A stretch of 32,186 nt of DNA, taken from Bacteriovorax stolpii. GTDB lineage: Bacteria; Bdellovibrionota; Bacteriovoracia; Bacteriovoracales; Bacteriovoracaceae. The position numbers were made by a program, and so were the translations under genes. Where the stretch lies: positions 1 through 32,186 of the forward strand of contig CAMDDI010000001.1 of assembly GCA_945890905.1 (NCBI GenBank), read 5' to 3'. The notes beneath the pieces were generated by a model that was not told the DNA's origin, did not search any database, and worked only from the letters and a program-made list of their open reading frames with translations. Positions 17,579 through 25,020 of this stretch are shown here, one piece after another; position 1 is the first letter of the stretch, and the number at the start of each line of letters is the position of its first letter.

Positions 17579-18160
17579 TTATAGTTCCATGGGAATGAAA
17601 ACACCGTGATCGGTTTCTTGGCGCTTCATATTTTTTCGATTGTAGTCTTCCCGGTAGGCCTTAAACTTCTGCCATTTTTCAGGCCCCAAGGCTTCAGCAA
17701 ACTCAAACTCTCTGGCCTCTTCAAGCTCAATTAATTGGCGCCTCTGCTCAATAGTAGGATCTGCTCCGTAGCGCATATTCTTCATGAGAACGTCAGCTTC
17801 TTGATAATATTTCTTTTTGATCTTTTCAATCTTTTTCAAATTCTCTGGTGCCAGGGCCAGTTCTTCTTGTAAGAACTGCTCGCGGTCATTATTTACTTTT
17901 TCAACAATTTGCTCCACTGCCACATCGTCAAATTCCACAAAGGGTTTTTCGGTTGATTTTTCTGATGGTGCCGTCTTAGAAACTGCTGCAGAAGTTGCAG
18001 CATCTTTCACCAAAACTTTTTTCTCTGTGACTTCTGGAGTAGTGGGTGCCTGATGGGTTTCAACCACTATCCGCTCAAGTGGTGGCTTACTGCTTTCACG
18101 GTAATAACCAATGCCTAAAAGCACGTTGAAAAAAAGTGATATAATAAGAATCCACTTCAT
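17579..18160 (-). CDS. Membrane-anchored hypothetical protein (193 aa)
   Basis: N-terminal TM (WILIISLFFNVLLGIGYY), T/A/P-rich linker, charged helical C-terminal domain; start overlaps the hemB stop. Confidence 0.8.
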   Translation of the reverse strand: MKWILIISLFFNVLLGIGYYRESSKPPLERIVVETHQAPTTPEVTEKKVLVKDAATSAAVSKTAPSEKSTEKPFVEFDDVAVEQIVEKVNNDREQFLQEELALAPENLKKIEKIKKKYYQEADVLMKNMRYGADPTIEQRRQLIELEEAREFEFAEALGPEKWQKFKAYREDYNRKNMKRQETDHGVFIPMEL

Positions 18161-19137
18161 TATTGATCCAAGAGTATTGCCGCTTCTTTGGCAAAATAAG
18201 TGAGAATCACATCAGCTCCCGCACGGCGAAAGCATGTGAGAGTTTCTAAAATAACTTTATCATTATCAATCCAACCATTTTGGGCCGCAGCTTTCACCAT
18301 GGCGTACTCTCCACTCACATTGTAAGCAGCAATAGGAAGATGAGAGGCTTGTTTCAAGCGATAAATGATATCAAGGTAAGGCAAACCGGGCTTCACCATG
18401 AGAATATCAGCACCTTCTGCCTCATCGAGTTTTGCTTCACGCAGGGCCTCAGTACTATTGGCCGGATCCATTTGATAAGTTTTTTTATCACCCTTTTTTG
18501 GTGCCGAATCTAAGGCTTCTCTAAAAGGGCCATAGTAGCCAGAAGCGTACTTGGCGCAATAACTCATGATGAGAGTGTTGTGAAAATTTTCCTGATCCAG
18601 AGCTTTTCGAATAAAACCAATTCGTCCATCCATCATATCTGATGGACCAATAATGTCGGCACCAGCGCGGGCCTCACACAGAGCTTGCTTGGCCAAAACT
18701 TCTAGAGTGGCATCATTTAAAATTTCGCCCGTTTTAGAATCTACTAAACCGTCGTGCCCATCACTTGAATAAGGATCAAGAGCAATATCCCCCATCACCA
18801 TCATATCTGGCAGGGCCTCTTTCACCGCACGAATAGCTCGAGCGTTGAGCCCCTCAGGATTGAATGCTTCCCGGGCATCAGGAGTTTTAAATTTGTCATC
18901 AATAGCTGGAAATAGAGAAACGCACTTCACTCCCAGAGCAAAAAGCTCACGGGATTCTTTGACCAATTGATCTATGGTTAAGCGGTTCTGCCCAGGCATG
19001 GACTTAATGGGAATTCGGCTATCTTTTCCTTCGATCACAAATAGAGGTGCAATCAAATGGGCGGCACTCAGGTGAGATTCTCTCACCATGGAGCGGATCA
19101 CTTCGTGACGACGGTTGCGGCGTGGTCGGCTTAACAT
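18160..19137 (-). CDS. hemB: Porphobilinogen synthase (delta-aminolevulinic acid dehydratase)
   Basis: RPRRNR, SMPG, PSDMMDGR, KYASGYYGPFREA, YQMDPAN, MVKPG, AYNVSGEYAM. Confidence 0.97.
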   Translation of the reverse strand: MLSRPRRNRRHEVIRSMVRESHLSAAHLIAPLFVIEGKDSRIPIKSMPGQNRLTIDQLVKESRELFALGVKCVSLFPAIDDKFKTPDAREAFNPEGLNARAIRAVKEALPDMMVMGDIALDPYSSDGHDGLVDSKTGEILNDATLEVLAKQALCEARAGADIIGPSDMMDGRIGFIRKALDQENFHNTLIMSYCAKYASGYYGPFREALDSAPKKGDKKTYQMDPANSTEALREAKLDEAEGADILMVKPGLPYLDIIYRLKQASHLPIAAYNVSGEYAMVKAAAQNGWIDNDKVILETLTCFRRAGADVILTYFAKEAAILLDQ

Positions 19138-19565
19138 TATTGAACCTTCTGCAGGGATTTATATACCGCTGCATACATTTGGATCTGCTTCATCATGGCC
19201 TGCAGACCATTGGAGCGATTCATGGATAAGTGTTCAGTGATTCCCACTTCTTTTAAAAAATCAGGTTTGGTAGCAAGAATTTCATCGGGAGTAGCATCGG
19301 AGTATACACTCACTAATAACCCCACAATGCCTTTGACTAAAACAGCATCTGAATCACCGTGAAAATAAACTTTTCCATTTTTAAATTCGGGATAGAGCCA
19401 AACTTGGGACTGACATCCCTTCACTTTATATTTTTCATCACGCTTATCTTCAGGATAGTCCGCAAGGGCGCGGCCTAAAACGATGAGCTCTTTGTAGCGA
19501 TCTTCCCAATCTTTGAATTGAAGAAATCGATTCTTTATCTGAGTAGTGCGCTCGAGCATTTCCAC
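19137..19565 (-). CDS. sufE: Cysteine desulfuration protein SufE
   Basis: WEDRYKELI, VKGCQSQVW (active Cys), GDSDAVLVKG, LSMNRSNGL. Start is GTG 19565 or ATG 19559. Confidence 0.93.
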   Translation of the reverse strand: MEMLERTTQIKNRFLQFKDWEDRYKELIVLGRALADYPEDKRDEKYKVKGCQSQVWLYPEFKNGKVYFHGDSDAVLVKGIVGLLVSVYSDATPDEILATKPDFLKEVGITEHLSMNRSNGLQAMMKQIQMYAAVYKSLQKVQ

Positions 19566-19589
19566 GTAACTCCCTTGACTTAGGTGACT

Positions 19590-19618
19590 AGTATGCTCTT
19601 TGCCTCAGGGTTAGTCAA
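19590..19618 (-). promoter_or_regulatory. Candidate sigma70 promoter of the sufE operon (TTGACT-N17-CATACT)
   Basis: -35 at 19618-19613, -10 at 19595-19590, exact 17-nt spacer, SD AAGGGAG downstream. Confidence 0.6.
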
Positions 19619-19646
19619 AATTCGAAGGGTTTTAGGAGGATATTTT

Positions 19647-19674
19647 TAAAGATTTTAACGCTGCAAGCCGATCA
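19647..19674 (+). promoter_or_regulatory. Candidate sigma28 (FliA)-type promoter TAAA-N16-GCCGATCA
   Basis: Close to the TAAA...GCCGATAA consensus, 30 nt upstream of the 19705 ATG. Confidence 0.65.
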
Positions 19675-19704
19675 GGTAATCAGTTCCACTGTAAAGGGCA
19701 ACAC

Positions 19705-20835
19705 ATGTCAACCTTAGATCTAAAATCATTGAGCGACCAAACAATCCAGCTTTTAGGGATTGAGGCGCAAAATCTATGGATGATCAAGGTTGGTTCAGAG
19801 GTTTTTGGACCTTTTGAAACCCTCTCCATTAAGCATTATGCTTCTGAAAATCCCGATCAATTTGTTGCGGCCCAGATTACCTTGATGAACGATCTTAAAT
19901 GGGTCCCTTTTCTAGAAGTAGACACCTTTAAGAATATCGAATTCAAGCAACCAGAAGCTGAGATCATCAAAGAGAAAATGTTCTGGATCTTGGTTGAAGG
20001 CCAGATCTCACTTCCATTCACTCTCAAAGAGATTAATAAGAAGATTGAACTCGGTAAACTTTCTCTCACAGATTCTCTTTCGGTAGATGAGGGAGATAAC
20101 TGGCAGAAAATTTATCATGTGGAAGAATTTGCTCATCGGCTTCACGACGCCAAAGAACTTCCTAGTGCTCCAACTGAGGCCAATTTCAATAAGGCCAAAA
20201 TTAAGCTTCTTGAAAAGATGGAAGTGGACTCCCGCAAAACCAACAAAAAAGATATCTCTAGCATGGCCTACCTGGGCCAGAGAACAACTCAAATCGTAGT
20301 GCTTAAAATTGATGAAATCTCCCTTGAAACTCTCGAGGAAACTGAAGTCAGCCGCTCTCTTCGCTGGGCAGTTCCCAGTGCCTTAGCGGGTATTTTGACT
20401 ATGGTTTTATCCGGCTACTATATTTTTACTCCTTCTCAGGATGCTCCGTTATTTGTGGATGATTCTACTGATAAGCCTTTCTATGCCCGCCCAATGGCAG
20501 CAGGTGTTCAGGCGGCCCCAGCGATGAGACAACCATCAAGTGTAGCACCCATGAATCATCATCCGGGACGCTCAAGTCTGACTCAGCCGTCTTATTCAGA
20601 TAGTGTTTACCCGACTCATATTGAAACTCATCATGATATTCAAGAAAATGATCCTCAACATGAGCAGATTTTTGATAACCAAGAAGTTGCCCCTCAGCCA
20701 GAAGAACAAGTGATGGTGGGAAATCCAGACGACGGCCAATCTCTTGATGCGGCCATGAATGGAGTTGCTCAGCCCGTAACAGAAGTCGTACCTTCTCAAG
20801 AACAGCCCATTATTGAAGAAGTCTCAGACTTCTAA
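19705..20835 (+). CDS. Single-pass membrane protein with two GYF_2 (DUF4339)-like domains and a disordered acidic C-terminus
   Basis: WMIKVGSEVFGPFETLSIK...W and FWILVEGQISLPFTLKEINKKIELGKL...NWQKI repeats; TM WAVPSALAGILTMVLSGYYIF; P/Q/E/D-rich tail. Confidence 0.75.
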   Translation: MSTLDLKSLSDQTIQLLGIEAQNLWMIKVGSEVFGPFETLSIKHYASENPDQFVAAQITLMNDLKWVPFLEVDTFKNIEFKQPEAEIIKEKMFWILVEGQISLPFTLKEINKKIELGKLSLTDSLSVDEGDNWQKIYHVEEFAHRLHDAKELPSAPTEANFNKAKIKLLEKMEVDSRKTNKKDISSMAYLGQRTTQIVVLKIDEISLETLEETEVSRSLRWAVPSALAGILTMVLSGYYIFTPSQDAPLFVDDSTDKPFYARPMAAGVQAAPAMRQPSSVAPMNHHPGRSSLTQPSYSDSVYPTHIETHHDIQENDPQHEQIFDNQEVAPQPEEQVMVGNPDDGQSLDAAMNGVAQPVTEVVPSQEQPIIEEVSDF

Positions 20836-20861
20836 TCTGGCCACCCAGGCCATTTGGGGCC

Positions 20862-20867
20862 TATAAT
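20862..20867 (+). promoter_or_regulatory. Consensus -10 box (TATAAT) of a candidate leaderless tmk transcript
   Basis: 7 nt before the in-frame GTG at 20875. Confidence 0.45.
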
Positions 20868-20874
20868 CGTCGGA

Positions 20875-21546
20875 GTGAATACCATCCAAGAACTCAAGAA
20901 AAGTTATCGAACTCCAGAAACTCCCGGCAGCTTCTTTTTTTCCTTAGAAGGAATTGAAGGCTCGGGCAAAACTACTCAGATTAAGGCCTTAGAAGACTAT
21001 GTGACCTCAAAGGGTTTGCGCTGCCTGACTCTACGTGAGCCAGGGGGAACCACTTTTGGAGAAAAGCTCCGGGAAGCTATCCTTGGCAGTGAAGCCCCCT
21101 TGCATCCCTTGGCCGAATGTCACCTCTTTCTTGCTTCCCGCGCTCAACTTCTCAATGAAAAGATTCTCCCCTTTTTGCTCCAACCCGGATCGGTGGTCAT
21201 TTTAGACCGCTACATAGATAGCACTCTGGCCTACCAGGGCAAGGCACGCAGGTTAGGCTACTCCACCATTTTAGAACTTCATCGCCATGATCCTCTAAAT
21301 CTTCTTCCTCACCGCACTTATTTTCTCGATATAGATCTGGAAACCTCCATGCAGAGACAACTCACTCGAGGAAATAAGAAAGACTATTTTGAATCTCAAA
21401 AACAAGAATTTTATCAAAATCTTTTGGATGGATACCGCGAGGTCGCAGAGCTTTTCCCCGAGAGAATTTTAAAAATTGACGGCTCAGGAACTGTGGCCTC
21501 CATTACTGAAAAAATCCATCATGATCTTAAGCGGCTGCTCTCATGA
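20875..21546 (+). CDS. tmk: Thymidylate kinase
   Basis: P-loop EGIEGSGKTT, REPGGT, DRY, AYQG; start GTG 20875 preferred over TTG 20854 (uncertain). Confidence 0.95.
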   Translation: MNTIQELKKSYRTPETPGSFFFSLEGIEGSGKTTQIKALEDYVTSKGLRCLTLREPGGTTFGEKLREAILGSEAPLHPLAECHLFLASRAQLLNEKILPFLLQPGSVVILDRYIDSTLAYQGKARRLGYSTILELHRHDPLNLLPHRTYFLDIDLETSMQRQLTRGNKKDYFESQKQEFYQNLLDGYREVAELFPERILKIDGSGTVASITEKIHHDLKRLLS

Positions 21547-22319
21547 ATTTGCACGACATCCTTATTACTAAAGCTAAAAAACAGGAACTCGCTCATTTTT
21601 ATATTGTTGAGAGCTCAGCTCCTTTTGAAGAAGCTCAAAAAAATTTGGTAGATTTTGTTCATCAATTTATCAAAAGTTATTATCAAGAAGTTGAAGGTCA
21701 TAAACAGTCTCTTGTGCATCTGATGGATCATCCCGATGTTTATGTTTTGGGAAATCTTCCTTCTACTGAAAAAAAGGAAAACTCATCCTTTAAAGTCGAA
21801 GAGGCCGAAGCTTTTTCCCGTTTTTTTGAATTCAGGGCCGTTCAAAGCAAAAGAAAATTTGCCATCATCACTGAAGCTCATCGCATGACTCCAGTGGTGG
21901 CCAATAAGTGGCTTAAGCTCTTGGAAGAGCCACAGGGTATGAGTACTATCTTCCTTCTCAACCCAACTGGTCAAAAACTTCTGGATACCATTCACTCTCG
22001 TGCTATTCATCTTCGCCTTCCTTCAACACCTCAGGTTTTAGACTCTGGGGAATGGAATGAATTTTTAAATGCCACGCAGAATTATTCTCTCTCACAATTT
22101 CTTGAGACTTACTCCCGAGATGAGAGAGATCTGAGATTCTGGATGGATCAGCTCATTTGTTGGGAGTCAGAACAAATTGATGTCGTGGCGTCAAAGCTTG
22201 CGTTAGAAAATTGGATTAAGACTTATCAAGAGATGGAAATCTTCCATCAACCTACTGCAACAAAATGGACCTTGTTTTTTGGCCATCTTAAAGATCACGT
22301 TCTGCCTCGCAAGCGTTGA
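21543..22319 (+). CDS. holB: DNA polymerase III delta-prime subunit-like (divergent)
   Basis: HPDV, EAHRMTPVVANKWLKLLEEP, LLDTIHSR clamp-loader motifs; conserved position between tmk and ricT. Confidence 0.82.
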   Translation: MNLHDILITKAKKQELAHFYIVESSAPFEEAQKNLVDFVHQFIKSYYQEVEGHKQSLVHLMDHPDVYVLGNLPSTEKKENSSFKVEEAEAFSRFFEFRAVQSKRKFAIITEAHRMTPVVANKWLKLLEEPQGMSTIFLLNPTGQKLLDTIHSRAIHLRLPSTPQVLDSGEWNEFLNATQNYSLSQFLETYSRDERDLRFWMDQLICWESEQIDVVASKLALENWIKTYQEMEIFHQPTATKWTLFFGHLKDHVLPRKR

Positions 22320-22344
22320 CATCCCACAGAAATTCTCACAAGAT
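22316..22344 (+). promoter_or_regulatory. Candidate sigma70 promoter (TTGACA-N17-CAAGAT) of a leaderless ricT transcript
   Basis: Perfect -35 overlapping the holB stop, 17-nt spacer, -10 ends 6 nt before the ATG at 22351. Confidence 0.6.
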
Positions 22345-22350
22345 AGACCA

Positions 22351-23874
22351 ATGACCATAGAGCAAAACGCAGACGAGGAAAAACTTCCTCGACCAGCGGG
22401 ACCTATAATTTCTGAAGACCAATCTTCAGAATCTTTCGAAGAAGAATCTTCTGAAGAGAAAGCAGACAGAGAAGAAGAATCCAGATTTAAAGAAGGCCAA
22501 ATCCTTCGTTTTGTCCGGGTACGCTTCCCTGGAAACTCGCGTTCCTTTTCATTTCTCATTGGTAAACGAATTATTGAGTACGGCCAGAAGGTTGTGGCCA
22601 TGTCCGATCGCGGGATGGCAGTAGGATATGTGAACTCATTTCCTTATGATGTTCCATTCAATAAAAGTATGTTGCCTGTGCGCAGTATCTCTAAAGTCGC
22701 CACGGAAGAAGACATTGTTAAAGACATTGCCGCTTATCATCAGCAGAAAAACGCCGAAAATATTTGCAACGACCTCATCGAATCTTATCGTTTGGATATG
22801 CACTTGACTCACGTTGAGTTCACTTCCTTTGGTAAAAAAGCGGTGTTTTACTTTATTGCTCCGGCCCGGGTGGATTTCCGAGATCTTGTCAAAGAACTTG
22901 TGAACCGCCTGAAAACTCGCATCGAACTTCGCCAAATTTCTGTCCGAGACCGTTCTGCCGCTGTAGGAGGAATTGGTCCCTGTGGAAGAGAACTCTGCTG
23001 CTCTTCGTTTCTCACTAAATATGGAAACGTTGGTATTAAGATGGCCAAGAATCAAGATCTCACTCTTAACTTTTCAAAACTCAATGGTGTTTGCGGACAA
23101 CTCAAGTGCTGCTTGCAGTACGAAGATGATGTTTACCGTGAAAAACGTGCCCGCCTTCCTCGAGAAGGAGATTATATCTCAACTAAAAATGGAGATATGG
23201 GCCGGGTAGACCGTTTGCATTTATTATCAGAACAATTTGTGATGATGACTAACCGTGGGACTCGTCGTCGCTACACAGTTGATCAGTATAAAGACACACT
23301 TGATAAAGAAGCAGCGAATTTCCCGAATGAATTTGAATCTATTTCTGATGAGACTCATAAAATTATCGGCATGGATGAAGCAGAAGACGCGAAAGTGAAA
23401 GCTTTTGAAGCTGAAGTTAAAGCTTACAAAGAACCTGCAAAGAATTATGCCGATGCTATTTTTGAATCTCTTTTTGGTGAAAAATCTCTGAATATTTCTC
23501 TTCCTGATTTACATGAACCTGAATCAGATAAGCCGCGCGAAGTGAAAACTTTCGATGATGAAGAAGAAATCATGTACAAGATGGATGAAGATGAGATGTT
23601 GCCTGATGATGATGATTCACTTGTTTCCTCTAATATGAATAACCCGCAGGACCGTTACAGTAATCGTGGGGGCCAGAGACCACATCAGCAGAATCGTGAC
23701 CAGGGTCAGAGAAACGACAATAATCGCGGTCGCCCTGATACTAATCAGAACAATCGGCAACATACTCAGCCCAATAGAAATCAAGGTCAGAACAATAATC
23801 CCAATCGTGGACCAAATCCAAATCAGAACCGTCCTCAGCAAAATAATCAAGGACGAAATCGTCCTCCTCGGTAG
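22351..23874 (+). CDS. ricT: PSP1-domain protein RicT/YaaT with long acidic and N/Q/R-rich extensions (507 aa)
   Basis: RVDFRDLVKEL, RIELRQI, GGIGPCGRELCCS, MAKNQ, GVCGQLKCCLQYE; start re-assigned to ATG 22351 (MTIEQ). Confidence 0.9.
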   Translation: MTIEQNADEEKLPRPAGPIISEDQSSESFEEESSEEKADREEESRFKEGQILRFVRVRFPGNSRSFSFLIGKRIIEYGQKVVAMSDRGMAVGYVNSFPYDVPFNKSMLPVRSISKVATEEDIVKDIAAYHQQKNAENICNDLIESYRLDMHLTHVEFTSFGKKAVFYFIAPARVDFRDLVKELVNRLKTRIELRQISVRDRSAAVGGIGPCGRELCCSSFLTKYGNVGIKMAKNQDLTLNFSKLNGVCGQLKCCLQYEDDVYREKRARLPREGDYISTKNGDMGRVDRLHLLSEQFVMMTNRGTRRRYTVDQYKDTLDKEAANFPNEFESISDETHKIIGMDEAEDAKVKAFEAEVKAYKEPAKNYADAIFESLFGEKSLNISLPDLHEPESDKPREVKTFDDEEEIMYKMDEDEMLPDDDDSLVSSNMNNPQDRYSNRGGQRPHQQNRDQGQRNDNNRGRPDTNQNNRQHTQPNRNQGQNNNPNRGPNPNQNRPQQNNQGRNRPPR

Positions 23875-23877
23875 TCT

Positions 23878-25020
23878 ATGAGGATCCTGCATACTTCCGA
23901 CTGGCACTTAGGAAAACGTCTCTTCAAACTAGACCGTGGTCCTGAACATCAGCATTTTCTTAATTGGCTCATCCAAACTTTGATTGAAAAAAAAATCGAT
24001 GTACTCTTAATCGCGGGAGATGTTTTTGACGTTCCTACTCCCCCTCATCAAAGCTTAGAGGTCTTCTACGAATTTCTGCATCGAGTATCCACCGAAACAA
24101 AAACTGAAACATTCATCATTGCCGGAAATCATGATTCAGGACTGCTTCTGGAAGCCCCATCCAAGCTGCTCTCTCCTCATCGAATTAAAGTCTGGGGAAA
24201 ACTTTCTCCTAATCATGAGGATCATTGGATAAAAATTGAAAAAGAAGGAGAAGTCTTAGAGATTTGTGCTATTCCTTTTTTTCGCTCTTATGAACTTCTG
24301 CCTCAGGGCGAGGGTGATGCTCTAGTCGCTTTGAAAAAATACGTGACCAAAATAAAGACTCATCCGCAACTTCTCATGCTTCATCATTTGGCCGGAATGT
24401 ATGAAGCTGCTGGTTCTGAACAGGTTATCTCGCTTTCAGGGGTTGAATCTATTCCCGTTGAGGTGATCAAGAGTTTTGACTATGTGGCCTTGGGTCACAT
24501 TCATAAACCTCAAAAAATAAGTGATCAGAGTTATTACTCAGGCTCTCCAATTCCTCTGCGCTTTTCTGAAACAAAGTCAAAATCAGTCATCATTATCGAA
24601 CTTAAAAATGGCAAAATGAATTCTGAGTTATTAAGTATTCCTCTCTCTCGGGCCTTACATATTCTCAAGGTCTCTGAGTCGGATTGGAAGGCCAAAATGG
24701 CGGCATTGGAAGCTAAAACCCCCCTGACTTCCATGGTAGAAGTTCAAATCACTCTCACTGCTCCCAGAGTGGGTTTGATTGATGAAATAAAAGATCAGTT
24801 AGAAAAGCAGGGTATGGAATTACTGAGTTATCTTCCTTTCTACTCTCAAGCCGAGCGAAGTGAGAAGCGCCATGAGAAGCTCTTTGAACTCTCCCCTCTA
24901 GAGCTCTTTGAAGAATTTTATAAAACCAAGTACCCTGACTCTCCGGAAGTTCCTCACGAGCTAAAAGACGATTTTAAAAACCTCCTTGAGAAGGCACGTC
25001 ATGCGACTTCTCAAACTTAA
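23878..25020 (+). CDS. sbcD: Exonuclease SbcCD subunit D (Mre11-like)
   Basis: HTSDWHLG, AGDVFD, AGNHDS, ALGHIH, YSGSP. Confidence 0.96.
   Translation: MRILHTSDWHLGKRLFKLDRGPEHQHFLNWLIQTLIEKKIDVLLIAGDVFDVPTPPHQSLEVFYEFLHRVSTETKTETFIIAGNHDSGLLLEAPSKLLSPHRIKVWGKLSPNHEDHWIKIEKEGEVLEICAIPFFRSYELLPQGEGDALVALKKYVTKIKTHPQLLMLHHLAGMYEAAGSEQVISLSGVESIPVEVIKSFDYVALGHIHKPQKISDQSYYSGSPIPLRFSETKSKSVIIIELKNGKMNSELLSIPLSRALHILKVSESDWKAKMAALEAKTPLTSMVEVQITLTAPRVGLIDEIKDQLEKQGMELLSYLPFYSQAERSEKRHEKLFELSPLELFEEFYKTKYPDSPEVPHELKDDFKNLLEKARHATSQT

Noticed and set aside
23635-23874. CRISPR array or DNA tandem repeat
   Set aside because: Repetition is at amino-acid level with varied codons; no constant repeat-spacer period and no cas genes.
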